Shown: one piece after another, positions 21,567 through 34,850 of the stretch
How the letters are laid out: the number at the start of each line of letters is the position of its first letter
Position numbering within the stretch: position 1 is the stretch's first letter
From: Octopus vulgaris
Taxonomy: Eukaryota
Assembly (NCBI GenBank): GCA_951406725.2
Contig: OX597814.1
Coordinates: 186,062,001-186,126,000, forward strand
Direction: 5' to 3'
Length of the DNA stretch: 64,000 bases
Notes under the pieces: model-generated
Database searches by the model: none
Seen by the model: only the letters and a program-made list of their open reading frames with translations
Told to the model about the DNA's origin: nothing
Translations under genes and position numbers: made by a program

Positions 21567-23507
21567 ACTAGATGATACTGTTTCAGAAGATAAGTTGAAA
21601 CCACCTTTTGTTATTTATGCCATAGCTGGGACAGAAACAGGGGCATCCTAACATTTTAGGATCTCTGCAATAAATTTAGTCCTAAACAGTTGCAGAAGGG
21701 CCTTCACCTTCATTTTTTATTCAATGCTTGTCTTGGCATAAATCGTTGTAAAGAGGTCGGTGGATTTATTAAGGTATCACTAATAAAAGAAGTCTGCTAA
21801 ACACTGAAGCTCTCTTGAAGAATTTGGCCGACAAACATTTTGGATTTGGCAAAATTTGTGAAGGCAATACAGATAACAATGCAACTGCTTATCCCAATGC
21901 CTTTTGGTGTATTAATCCAAGGAAAATTGGTTGTTATTAGTTGCATTGGCTCTGGTAAAGCAACCAAGCAAACTTACATTTTAAGTAAGCGATACAACTA
22001 ACCTATTTAAATTTAGTTACTTTTATATACATATAACTGTTTCAGGAGTTGTGTCTAGTTTTATTTATTTGTTTATTTATTTATTGTGTTCATACTGTTG
22101 TGAAATATCAGCATCACTTCACTGGCAGCGTCTCTTCCACTTAGCATCTGTGAGCAAAGTGAGTGGAAAACAGTAGATACTTCAGTCAATGTCACCTACT
22201 TGTAAACTTTATGAAATCAAACTAGCCAAAATTAAAAGTCAGTGTGTCTTTAGATAGCCAACTGTTTTAATTATTATAATAATTGCTGTTGCTATTTCTG
22301 TCCTTTTAATTATTACTCTTATTTATGCCTTTGTTCTTATTATTGTAATTGTCAATGAAGGTATGTTCTTATTTAATCTTACTGACATTTGCTATATTTA
22401 TTATTGTTGTTATTCTTGTTGTTCTCAGCCAAAAGATGCAAATAAATTCTTGACAACAAGAATGGTTTCAAATATTCTGTCTTACTTCAATTCTCTACAG
22501 TAATCTTTTCTGTTTAAATTGAAAGAATTTTTTTTTTTATAATCTTAAAATATTTATTTAGATAACTATATATAGAAACAAATCAAATAAATTGTCTTAA
22601 ATCAAAAACTTATTGGTTATTTTTGTAATAATTTAAATAAATGTACATATATTTGATGCAGTTATGAATGTAAAAACAAAATGTATAAAGATTTTGACTA
22701 ATCTCAATACAAATTGTCACATTTAATCATTATAGACTGGTTGTGTTTCTGAATAGAATATTTTATTCTCCATCGCTTCAGTTCACAAAATGGTCAAAAA
22801 GAGATATTCTTACAAAAATCTGAAGGGCTGGTTACCAATTAATATATATTCCTGATCACAAAAGGGCAACTGATTCATTTTATTTAATACACCTTAGGAT
22901 AAATAAACATGTAACCTTTTTACACTGTCTAAGCATCTATCTATATATTCAAGTCTGTAATTCTTCTATTCATCAGCCCATATATCTCCCCACCCATTCA
23001 TTTATTTTCCATTCATCTACTGCCAGCTTTGCTTTTATTGTTGGGAAATGAAAATGATTGTCTAATAGGATAGATAATAGAAAATTAGTTGATAAATTAT
23101 CATCAGATTGAGTATGATTGTTCTATAATAGACACTTTTAATGAGACTGGTTCACTTGTATTCACCTGACATTTAATTACATGTCCAGCATTATACTTCC
23201 TATAGTTGCTGATGATGCTTTTTGTAGATATTTTACTAGTCTTAACTTGCAGACTACGAGTTTGTAGACAAAGCTTGAACTTTCTACTTTAGCACTTTAT
23301 CAGTCATTTGAACTATTCATACATTCTGTAATTAAAGCTAGTTATTGTAAGTAACTAAAGGAAGGAGCAATTTTCTTTATTAAAGATGTTAATTGCTGCA
23401 GTTGATTGAAAACAAATGGACAAGCTTAGCAAATAAAATGTAGTTGCTATTTATATATAATAAATTATCAGACAGGCACAAAACTACAAAGTTTGAGAGA
23501 GAGACAC

Positions 23508-23636
23508 CATCATCATCATCATTTAACGTCTGTTGGCATAGATTGGATGGTCTGACAGGAGCTGATCAGCTGAAGAGCTGTTCAGGCTCCCTGTCTGTTT
23601 TGGCATGGTTTTTTATAGCTGGATGCCTTTCCTAAC
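23508..23636 (-). mobile_element. family C-related 3' fragment
   Basis: (CAT)n-TTTAACGTC...GCTGGATGCCTTTCCTAAC. Confidence 0.65.
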
Positions 23637-23688
23637 ATATTTCTTAGTTCTTTACTGCCTACAACCCAAGTGTTCAACTGGTACTTAA

Positions 23689-24340
23689 CCCCTTAATGGA
23701 TTATCCCAAGTTTACTTGTGCATCGCAAATGTATCTTTTTAGAACCAGACGAGTATACTTGGTCAAAGTTAACTTTTAATTTTAGCACCCAGAGTTTATT
23801 TGTTTTGTGTTGTTTCATCTTTGAGCAATCACGAATTTACTCACGTTGTTTAAAAAAAATAAGTATTTTTTTCATTTGATGGATTTGGCTATCTGGAATG
23901 CTCATGTTTTGTATAAAGCATCCTTGGAAACTTCAGCTTCTGCTATGAAACTGCTGAAATTTAGAATGCAAATAATCACCAAGATTATTGAAAAATATAA
24001 GCCCTTATTGCCTCCCACGAAACCAGGAAGACCATCATCGATCCCACATCCAACAAGATTTGCCCCAGCTGGTCACTTTCCCATGGAAATACCACCAAGT
24101 GATAAGAAAAAGAACCCTACAAGACACTGTGCAAAATGCGCAGAGAAGAAAGCCGCTAAAGGAAAGAAGATTTGAAGAGAAGGCAGATACATGTGTGATG
24201 TCTACAAGATAACTTTGTATGTAACTCCTTGTTTTAAAAATTATCATTCTAAATAAAATGTCTATCTCATTTTAAAAAATTTTCCTTTGATTTAAAAGCA
24301 ATACATCTTATAAAAAATCGAAGATAGTTAAGTTATATGT
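23689..24340 (+). mobile_element. piggyBac deletion derivative (left end and transposase C-terminus), inserted at the TTAA of a family B SINE
   Basis: TTAA|CCCCTTAATGGAT left TIR. ORF 23846-24175 reads KKYFFHLMDLAIWNAHVLYK..FRMQII..HFP..KKNPTRHCAKC, then past a stop RYMCDV..LYVTPCFKNYH (piggyBac Cys-rich domain). The right end is missing. Confidence 0.88.
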
Positions 24341-24666
24341 AGGATAAAAAGTAAAGGCAACCTCAGTGGGATTTGAAATCAGAACATAAGGATGGATGAA
24401 ATGCTGCTAAACATTTTGCCCAGCATCCTAACAATTCTGCCAGCTTGCCTCCTTAAATGATATTGATACCAAATTTTGCCACAAGGCCAGCAATTTCAGG
24501 ACAGGGGTTAAGTTGATTACATCAATCCCAGCATTCAACTGGTACTTAATTTATCGACCCTGAAAGGATGAAAAGTAAAGTTGACCTCGGTGGAATTTGA
24601 ACTTAGAATGCAATGCCTCTAAACATTTTGCCCAGCATGCTAACAATTCTGCTAGCTCACCACCAT
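24341..24666 (-). mobile_element. two family B SINE copies (the first interrupted by the piggyBac)
   Basis: Two B heads at ~24455 and ~24665; the 3' remainder of the first is at 23660-23688. Confidence 0.8.
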
Positions 24667-25980
24667 AAAATCATATAATAGTGATAGCTTGATTTCAGAA
24701 TGGCTGATTTCAATTTCTAAAAGTTAGCATCCTATATTTTAGATTTACAGCACAGAGGATAGATTCTAGTCATGTATGATAAAATTATTAAATAGTTACA
24801 ATTTTTTTCTTTCCTGTTTAGTGTATTAGCGGTTAAACATTGTTTTTAACTACAGTGTGGCTGGCATTATCTTGCTGTGCTACAATATTGTTAGATTTAC
24901 AGCACTAACTCATTAATAAAATGAAAATAAACTTCTAAGAGTTCTAATTAAGACATCACAGTTTAGTTGTCATGGAAGTGAAAAGAAAAAGGTATTAACA
25001 AATGGAAAAAAAATCACTGTGCAAAAAGTTATTTTAGATATTAACCCAATCTTTTGATTTGCTTCCAATGACCTGGCTGATATCATTAGGTTATCACACA
25101 TTTATATCCTATGTCTTAGTTATATATATTTATATTCTTTGTGCTAATTACTGATTTTTATTGTACGGTATTTTATATAATTTTGTAATATTTGGTTTTG
25201 TTTTTTTAACCCAAGCATTTATTTTGTTTGCCTAACTTAATCTAACTTCACTCTTCTCTTCCATAATTAAGAGAAAAGCCAAGTAACATTATATCAAAAA
25301 AAGTTTCTTGCAAAATGGAAATGAAAACAAAAAGAAACTGTCTTTGGCCAAATCATAACACTATTTTTGTTCCTTTGTTTGTTTGTTTCTTTTTTTCTTT
25401 TTTGTATCCTCTTTTAATTTTTCTATTTTGCCAAGCTTCTTTGGTTGTGAAAGTCTTTTAAAAGAACCAGAAGGATTGTCACAGTCATTGTTATAAACAA
25501 CTTACAACTACTTAAAGTGGTCTGATATATCTTGTTTGTAAGATGCCTCTTTAACAGTTTCACTTCTCGCTTTCTAGTTATGCTAATAAGGAAAGTAATA
25601 GTTACAGTGTTTATTTTTGAGGTGCGAGAGCTGTTATATGTGATTATTTTTATCAAAGTTGTTATTGTCATTTAGCTTCCGGTCAGTTCTGATTGAGGGA
25701 ACTTATGGGCAAAATTACTTCAGCAATGGCAGTTCACCATACCAATTGTTCAATACGTCTTCCTTTTTTCCAAGAGAATAGAATGTGATTTGAAGGAGAT
25801 TTGGTTGCTAGATCTAGAGAGTCAACTATTTGGAGTCTCTTACATTATATCCAATAAAAAAGATAAAGCTAATTAGTCAATAATATTAAATTTAGTCAAG
25901 TAAGTAAAGTTTAAAAACCACTAATGTAGTTTAACCACAGACAAGTTTAAAAAGTAGAATGTATCTAGTGAAAATAGATA

Positions 25981-26474
25981 GTTGTTGTGACCCTCTTTGG
26001 TCATGAATGACCATGGGATTGCACCTAGAAAGTACCCTCCGAGGCACAAGTCTGGGCAAAGTTGTTTATGGAAGACCAGCAGTCACCCATGCATACCGGC
26101 CTCCCCTCTCCACACCACCGATGTTATCCAAGGGAAAGCTTGGCACCAGTGACGTCGCAGCTCATTTATTAACGTGCAAGTGGCTGAGCACTCCACAGAC
26201 ACGTGTACTCTTAATGTAGTTCTTGGAGAGATTCAGCATGACACAGTGTGACAAGGCTGGCCCTTTGAAATACAGGTACAATAGAAACAGGAAGAAAGAG
26301 TGAGAGAAAGTTGTGGTGAAAGAGTACAGCAGGGTTCACCACCACCCCTTGCTGGAGCCTCGCGGAGCTTTAGGTGTTTTCGTTCAATAAACACTCACAA
26401 TGCCTGGTCTGGGAATCAAAACCGCGATCCTACAACCGCGAGTCCGCTGCCCTAACCACTGGGCCATTGCGTCA
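25981..26474 (-). mobile_element. family D tRNA(Arg)-like SINE, full length
   Basis: Head revcomp GCAATGGCCCAGTGGTTAGGGCAGCGGACTCGCGGTTGTAGGATCGCGGTTTTGATTCCC (TCG at the anticodon position); 5' half shared with 10571, 3' half shared with 49815. Confidence 0.85.
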
Positions 26475-26514
26475 CCACAGTGAAAATGGAAAGTATCAAA
26501 GTAGATTTAGGAAT

Positions 26515-26743
26515 AACGCAGCTAGCTGGCAGAATCATTATCATGCCAGACAAAATGCTTAGCAGTAGCTCATCTGTGTATATGTTCTGAGTTCCAATTC
26601 CAAGGTTGGCTTTGCCTTTCATCTGCCTTTCATCCTTTTACATCAATAAAATAAGAACCAGTTAAGTATTGGAGTTGATGTAACAGACTTCCCCCTCCCC
26701 TCAAAACAAAAAACTGCCAACCCTGTGCCAAAATTTGAAACCG
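26515..26743 (+). mobile_element. family B SINE (diverged)
   Basis: GCTGGCAGAATCATTATCATGCC...CTGTGCCAAAATTTGAAACC. Confidence 0.8.
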
Positions 26744-27440
26744 TTAAATTAGATTTAGGAATACATGGAATATTTTCGGTAAGGAGTAAGCCGAAAGGGT
26801 TAAGCTTAACAAAGGAAATTGACTGAAATATGGGACAATATTGTTATATTAGACACTCTTGTAGCATGGAAGAAAAACAGCTGTGAAATCAGTTATGATG
26901 ATTATACCAAAAATATCAAAATCTGATTCTCTTTCAAAAAAATTGAAAATCCAGAATGAAATGTCATTATAGAATTTTTCTACTCTATTTATTCAGATGT
27001 TTTTTTAATTCAGAATTACTACCCTTACAAACAAGTGAAGCTGACCTTTTCTTTATTCCATTTTACATTTACTTCTTCTATTGATAACAATATTAAAGTC
27101 ATGTAAACAATGTCTTTCTCACATACTGTAGAGCATTATTATAAAGAAAACATTGGTTAACAAAACTGTGAATTTACTTCCTGTTATATGTCATCAGTCC
27201 TCTTATCATCATGCTTGTCAAGTGTCATGGACAAATATGTGAGCCTGCAGAAAAGACTGTTGGTTTGCAAGAATTGCAACATGTCTTTATGCAAGGCACA
27301 CATGATTAAAGAGTAATGAGTGAGAAAGATTAAGTCAGAATCAGCAGTAAGAATATTCCTTGATTTAAGTTTAATTTATTTATGTCATGAGTAGAACAGA
27401 ATAACTGAGACAATGATGAAGAAGTGTCTTATATATTTGA

Positions 27441-28030
27441 CTAGCTGTATAACCTGGCTTTGCCTGGGATTAAGTTAGGATTACTAAGCTAATCAAGTTC
27501 TTTATTTCAAACCAAACTAAGTAACATCAATGTCAAATTTGGGCGAAATCTGTTGAAATTGGTTTATATATATATATATATATATATAGGCAACACACAC
27601 ACACATACACACATACACACACGTACATACATACACCTATTGCATACATGTTTTTTGTACACCTACATGTTCATGTGTGTATGTGTGTGTGTGTTGCCCG
27701 TATATCAACAAAACACTTTTTTCCTCGATGGAAAAAAAAAACAAAAGTCTTAACAGAAATTTACTTGTAGCTAGAAGGGTACTTAACCCCTGTTTGCAAG
27801 CAATGGTGATTTCTCCGACTTGAAAATTGTTAAAAGTTTTGGTTGAAAATTTATTTTTACTGCTATTTGCTGCTGCCTCTGGGGAAAATAAGTTGACAAA
27901 AATACACCTAGGATCATGATGAATGTCCTCCTAAAATTAGAGTGACATGCATGCTAATTTGTGGACCTGCATAAATTACATTCACATACATACACACACA
28001 CACACACATCCTACCTTTTATATATACAGA
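27441..28030 (-). mobile_element. non-autonomous Helitron
   Basis: Minus strand A|TCTGTATATATAAAAGG ... CCCAGGCAAAGCCAGG (subterminal hairpin) TTATACAG-CTAG|T: canonical 5' TC, 3' CTAG, A|T target, no TSD; internal microsatellites. Confidence 0.75.
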
Positions 28031-28181
28031 TTAGTGAGAAGGGCTGTTGTCGGAACCAAATAAAGCAGAATTCTTTAAAACAAATTTTTGTTTGTCCTTT
28101 TCCTTGCAATGAGTTTTGAATTGTAGATATAATGAGTTAGATCTTATGCCAGCTTTCATAGTATAAAGCCTTTGAGAAATA

Positions 28182-29295
28182 TGAGGTAGTATCAAAAGGT
28201 TCCCAGACTAGTTATGTTTACTGAAAAAATAACTTGTTTACCAAAGTTTTAGCACCATCTTCAAAATAGCTGCCTTGCACAGCAATACACCAATCCTAGT
28301 GTTCCAGCCACTTCTGGAATCCGGCCTGGAAGCCATTTTCCGTAAGCGAGTCAAGGACCTCTGCAATTTACTCTGGATTTTGACCCTTGGCTGCATCTTC
28401 ATTTTGGGGAAGAGATGGAAGTTTGCAGGAGCTAAAACTGGACAATACGGTGGGCGGGTGCAAAAGACATACCATGTTGTTTTTGGCAAGAAACTCGCGA
28501 GTGAGAAGAGTTCAAGGAAGAATCCAGTACTTCATGCTCCACAGATCCAGTCACTTTCACTGAATGTCCTGCCTCATTTGTTGCAGTAGAACTCTCGATT
28601 GATGGACGAGTGATGAACTCTCAATGCACACAATACCACATTTCTGGGGATGACACTCATGGCAGGACTTCTAAATCACTCATCATCATCCAAGGACATT
28701 TATCTGCTTTTGAAGTGCCTATGCCACTCGAAACATTACATACAACCCATTGCCTCATCACCATAAGCTTGCTGAAGCATGCTCAAAATCTCTGTAGCAG
28801 ACTTCCCAAGTTTAATGCAAAATTTCACTTTGGCTCTTTGTTCTTGTCCATGATAAAATTATAGGCTACAAGATGGTGAGCTAGCAGAAATATTAGTATG
28901 TTGGGCAAAATGCTGAGCAGTATTTCGTCTGCCGTTATATTCTGAGTTCAAATTCTGCCGAGGTCAACTTTGCCATTCATCCTTTTGAGGTCGATAAATC
29001 AAGTACCAGTTACGCACTGGGGTTGATGTAATCAACTTAATCCGTTTGTCTGTCCTTGTTTGCCCCCTCTATGTTTAGCCCTCTTGTGGGCAATAAAGAA
29101 ATATAAAATTACAGGCTACAACATACACGTGATCCCCAAAACATACACTTCACAACTTGTGAAGTAAACAGAGCAATGTCACCCAGCACACTACCTCATG
29201 GTGGTCACTGTTAGCTTTCCTGGTGCACACAACCATGAGCTGCCATCTGTTGGTATACTACAGAGCTAATCCATGAACCTTTTGATACCACCTTG
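28182..29295 (-). mobile_element. mariner-type transposon, decayed transposase
   Basis: TIRs TGAGGTAGTATCAAAAGGTTCC / GAACCTTTTGATACCACCTTG; N-terminal KFCIKLGKSATEILSMLQQAYGDEAM..CFEWHRHFK; C-terminal PPYCPVLAPANFHLFPKMK (YSPDLAP motif). Confidence 0.88.
28872..29102 (+). mobile_element. family B SINE nested in the mariner, with 19-bp TSD
   Basis: TSD ATAAAATTAYAGGCTACAA at 28853-28871 and 29103-29121; tail GCCCTCTTGTGGGCAATAAAGAAAT. Confidence 0.92.
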
Positions 29296-32200
29296 TGTCT
29301 TCTTTTCTGAATAGGAACTCAGCTATTTGTAAAATGCCACCACTGACTATAGTAATAGGTTGTTGTTCTTCCCCACACTATCTGTATACATCTAATAAGG
29401 TTGGGCCTTTGAATGTTGTTAAGTGACTTTACCACAGGTATAGACCTGTGTAGCTGGCAAAATATGAACCATAAACCTTTTAGCAAGAGGGTCAGAGTTC
29501 TTTACAATTAGGTGCCAGTCAAAAACAATGTTCAGGTTACTTAATGGTACCATTTACAACAATAAAAGTATGAACTTCATTAATACTAGATTCATACATT
29601 ATATTTTTCTTTTACATACCCTATATTCTGTGCTTAGATACTCCATGTATGTTTTATCTTTGATAAGCAATTTCTTAGCTTTGTTTGGGCAGAACAACTA
29701 CTTGTATTTCTCATATGTATATAATTATATTTGCACTGGTTTATATGTATATGTTATGCATATAGAGACGTGTGAATATTTATAAAGGAGTGTAACAGAA
29801 AGCCTACAGCTTTGATAAACATATTACAAATCTTTGAGATGCACAAGAATTATGCATAATTAGAGAAGCAAACATAAGGTTCTTATGGAAATCTAATTAG
29901 CAAATTCTCATGACCTCAGTGTGGAGGGAATACAATTATCGATATTTTCCTTTATTTTAAACTATTGTTTTCTATAACATACTAAAGGGTTTTGTTATTT
30001 AACTTTCTAAGTAACTTAATATGAGAAACAAGTAGTTTATATTGACATGACAGCGCAAAATTATAATCTTGTTTGTGTGAACAGACATAGTTTTTTTTCC
30101 TGCTATTTTTGGGTTTCTCTCAGAAACTTGATCATTCCGTCTCTAACATGTTTATGAATGAAACTTTATCCATTTAAAATATTTTGTAATCTGTTAGTAG
30201 TTTTATATTATATCGATTGTAAAAATCAGGTGCACTTTTATACGCGAAAACAATATTTCTCATAGTAAGACAGATAAAACTGCAGGAATAGGGTTGGGCA
30301 AACTATTTAAATAGAATTTTCATTGATTTTTAGAACAAGTCGATTGCTTCTTAACTATTTCTTAAGTTTGTGTGATTTAAAAGTTTATTTTTACAAAGGT
30401 TTGGTGGTAATGCAACAAAATTTAAGATATTGCTGTTTTAACATCTTATTGTTGCAAAATACTTCATCTTTATAGAATCAATAGCAATAATTATAGTGGC
30501 ACTCTATCTGTTGATAGAAATAATCGAAACATTGTTCTTTTTTATAGTTTGATTTTTTTTGTTCTTGTTTCTGGTAATGAGTGTAAACTTTATTATATTT
30601 CAATATTTAATTTGTTCTAATGGACAATAGTAATAAAGTAGCTTAATTGAATTTTTTTTCTCGTTATTTTTCTTCAATATTAGAGTTGACTTTCTTTTGT
30701 TTAAAAATTATTTTTATTCAAGATTAAAAAAAAAAAGACATGATATCTTTGCTTTGCTCCTCCATGCTATTAACCTCTGAATAAACTATAGCCTTATGAT
30801 AAAGTAGGTGTTGGGTTTTTGTTTTTTTTTTTATTTCTAATCAATCAGTTTCACCAATGAAAATATTTGCAAATTTAGTCATGGAAATAGCTACTTAAAA
30901 GGTATATACTTTAAAAGGTATATACTTTGGTGTTTATTAGGGTTGTTACATAGTTATTGATAAATAACAATATTTGATAGACTGCATGTTATGTCAATAA
31001 TGACCAAATCTCCATTTATATGATAATGAATGCAACACAACTCTAACTGTTAAGAAAGCGTCTTGTATGTATCATTATCATCATAATTTTAATATTCAAT
31101 TTCCCATGCTCACATGGATCAGATGGAATTTTATTATATGCATAATAATTTTATTTACATGAAATCTTTCATAAGAACAAAGGCAATAACTACAAATCAT
31201 AAATATATCTTTAACTTAATATCTGAAAGTCATCCTATAACCTCATTGATGAGGTATAGAACATGTTAAAATGATTAACATTCACTACCAATTCCATCTA
31301 AAATCTAAAAGCTATATGTTTCAGTAGTCTACTTATTCTATCAGTCTCATTTTTATTCAGTCATAAGATGTCTCTGAAGAAACTCTTCAACACACCTCTA
31401 GTAATCAATAATCTTTTGAATTCAATTTTGATTTTATTCTCTCATATTGATTTAAATTTTTAACAAAGACATTGTTAGTATTGTGCTAACTAACCAATTA
31501 CTCTTATCTCAACTTCTAAAATATTAACTCACATCTGAATATATTGGAGTTAAATCTACAAGACCATAAAGAATTCATGAATACTTTTCACTACCTGAGA
31601 AATTTCAAAGGACAGAAAGACAGACAGACAGAGAAAGAGTCAGAGAGATTTGCTATACAGACTATATGGTATAAATAATAAATAAAAAATATTCAGCAGA
31701 TTCCAATATTGGTTACCACAATGTATTTGCTTTCTTGAACATGATATACAGTAATCTCCACATGAGATTAGCTAACCAATGCATATATTACAGCAATAAT
31801 TCTATTGAAAGTTAAAGTACATCTAAACTGTTACACATTTATTCATTCATGCTGTTTCTTTGTTTTATTCTGTTTTGTTTTCTGTTTCCTGAATATTCTT
31901 TCCATATATGCCCTGCTTAAAAATTAGTTGCAATATTTAGATTATAAGAAAAGCAAAACAAAAGAAATCAATACACAATCTTTGTCAATATCTTGCAAAG
32001 TAAAGAAAAAGGAAATTGAGATTGATGTCCAAAACAAAATTATTTTTAAAATATTTGATTTTTGTAAAGTGTTATTTCAAATGAATTTTTTTTTTTGTCT
32101 TGGTATAGGAGCAGAATATTAAAATTTTAACCAACAAATTATCAGTAACTGATAAGTATATAAGAAAGGAATTTTTTATTTTCTTTCATAACATTCTGGT

Positions 32201-32729
32201 GTGGGAAGTCATCCATATTCATCAATTGTTTGGTTACTTTTTTCCATTGATCTAGTCTAGATTCATTTTCCATAAGTGTCTACATTATCGAGTCACCACA
32301 GATAAAACTTAGCTTCCAATGGAAATTATCACTGGGTTAGAGGATAATTTTCTATGGGCAATATGTTAAGCCACTTCTACAGAGTTATTACTTCTCTCCC
32401 ACTAAAACCTTATGTATTTTGTCTTAGATATTATGTTTACACTTCACTGGGTAAATAGTGAATATTATGGTTTATCCTTCACAATGATAGAGAACATAAT
32501 GAAATTCATATCTTTTCTGGAATTTGATATTCTAATTGTACAAATATTGTGGTAATTTTAATTTAGTTAAAAATATAAGATATTTAGGAGTGGGGGTTAG
32601 TGGAAACAGTGAGCCCTTACACTGGTATATGGATGTGTTAAGAATACTAGACATGAAAGGATGAAGTGATAAAAAATATCAGTTATAAATTAATGCTAAT
32701 TGAAATGAACACACTAATAATATGTGGAA

Positions 32730-33600
32730 TGATATCAGGACTTCAAGATGGTTGGGAAACAAGTATTGTGTAAATTTATTAATGTTAGATTTGAAGCATG
32801 ACAAAAAAGAAATAAGAATTCGTTTTGGATAAGTAGTGTAGAAATGATTTTAATTAGAAGAGAAAAGAGGGATTGGATAAAATTTTGAGTTGCCAATTTT
32901 GGGGAAGTAATCAGATTATACAAAGTAAATAGATGAAGCCTTGGACTGAGCGATTAGAATGAGAATGGTTGATTGAAGTGTTTGGTGGGATTAGGGGCTG
33001 GTTCTGGAGTGTACTGTGTGAGGAGTCATTGGTTTTGTTACTGTGTAGGGACCAGAGGTGCTTTTGCAGTTGACAAGTATGTGCACATGATGGTATGGCT
33101 GAAGGAGAAGAGAATTTTGTTGAATGTGTGTCTACTGGAGTTGGAAGCAAAATGAGTAACAAACATTGACATTTTTCACTGTGGATACTTCAAACAAAGC
33201 CATCTTGAATAAAAGGGAATTCTACAAAATTGGCAAGGGACCAAAAAGATGAGCTAGAATTTAAGAGTGATAACTTTTAGGTTGTGTGCATGAAGAAAAG
33301 CATCTTCTGCATTTTAAATGGTAATTTTGCAGGAAATTCCGTGGTCACAAAAACCTAACCCACATCCCATTAGTGGATGCGGATAAGTTTTTCCAGGTAT
33401 TCTAAGCCATGTTTTTCACCTGTACTGCTACTACACAACTGCATGTATATAGCCCATCTAGATTTCAATATTTGCCAGTGATTATTTCTAAATCCTGTGC
33501 TTGGTTATGTAGAAAACAATACAAGATTATGCCTACTTTTTAAGACAGCTCCCTGAGGTGTTGCAACATACATTCAGTTCCCACTGTACTGTCTGGCATC
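32730..33600 (-). mobile_element. possible very old LINE remnant
   Basis: Compositionally distinct; weak CR1-like peptide HLWSLH..LQNQPLIP on the minus strand. Confidence 0.2.
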
Positions 33601-33699
33601 TGGCAGTAGGCCTCTCCTTAGAAACCTTTTCTATTTATAGCCTCTGAGAAACAGCTGCAATATGCAAAATGCAGTTTGGAGTTATGTCATAAGAAGTTA

Positions 33700-34440
33700 G
33701 CTTCTCAACTACATGGTTCTAGGTTCAGCCCCACTGCATGGCACCTTGAGCAAGTATCTTCTGCTATGACTCCTGGCTGACCAAAGCCTTGTGAATGGAT
33801 TCTGTAGGCAGAAACTGAAAGAAGCTCATCGCATGTGGTGCGTGTGTGTGTATATGTGTTTTTTGTGTTTGTCCCCACCATTACCACTTGACAACTAGTG
33901 TTAGTTTGTTTACATCCTCATCATTTCATCATCATCATCATTGTTTAACATCCTCCTTCCATGCTGGCATGGGTTGGATGGTTTAACAGGAGCTGGCCAG
34001 GTAGAATACTACACCATACTACTGTGTCTGTTTTGACATGGATTTTACGCCTGAGTACCCTTCCTAACACCAACCTCTTTGCAAAATGGGCTGAGTGCTT
34101 TCTATGTGGCACCAGCACAAGCAAGGTCAATTTTGGCATGATTTTTACAGATGGATGTTCTTCCAAATGCCAACCACTTTACAGTGTGGACTAAATGCAT
34201 TTTAAGTGAAACGTCCACTGGTAGGGTTACCAAGTAATTTTGCAAGACAAGGAATCATTGAGAAGGTAGGGGGCATTGGGGGAGGTGATCTTCCCGTAAC
34301 TTAGCATTTCAGCAAAAGAGACTGATAGAATAATGCCAGGTTTTTAAAAAAAAGTCAGCACTGGGACCGATTTGTTCAACTAAACCCTTCTAGGTGGTGC
34401 CCCAGTATGGTCACAGTCCAGTGACTGAAACAAGTAAAAT
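33700..34440 (+). mobile_element. diverged family A SINE interrupted by a minus-strand family C-related insertion (~33925-34290)
   Basis: A-type 5' half at 33700-33920 and 3' half at 34292-34440; the insert begins (CAT)n-GTTTAACATCC. Confidence 0.7.
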
Positions 34441-34448
34441 AAATAAAT

Positions 34449-34850
34449 GTGGCTCTGTGGTAAGTAGCTTGCTTACCAACCACATGGTCCCGGGTTCAAT
34501 CCCACTGCGTGGCACCTTGGGCAAGTGTCTTCTACTATAGCCTCGGGCAGATCAAAGCCTTGTGAGTGGATTTGGTAGACGGAAACTTAAAGAAGCCCGT
34601 CGTATATATGTATATGTATATATGTATGTGTGTGTTTGTGCGTCTGCATTTGTCCTCCCAACATCCCTTGACAACCAATGCTGGTGTGTTTACATCCCCG
34701 TAACTTAGTGGTTTGGCAAAAGACACCGATAGAATAAGTACTAGGCTTCCAAAGAATAAGTCCTGGGGTCGATTTGCTCGACTAAAGGCGGTGCTCCAGC
34801 ATGGCCACAGTCAAATGACTGAAACAAGTAAAAGAGAGTAAGAGAGAGTA
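34449..34850 (+). mobile_element. family A SINE, full length
   Basis: Matches other family A copies. Confidence 0.92.

Noticed and set aside
26400-26474. tRNA-Arg gene
   Set aside because: It is a SINE head: no complete acceptor stem, and it continues into the repeat body.
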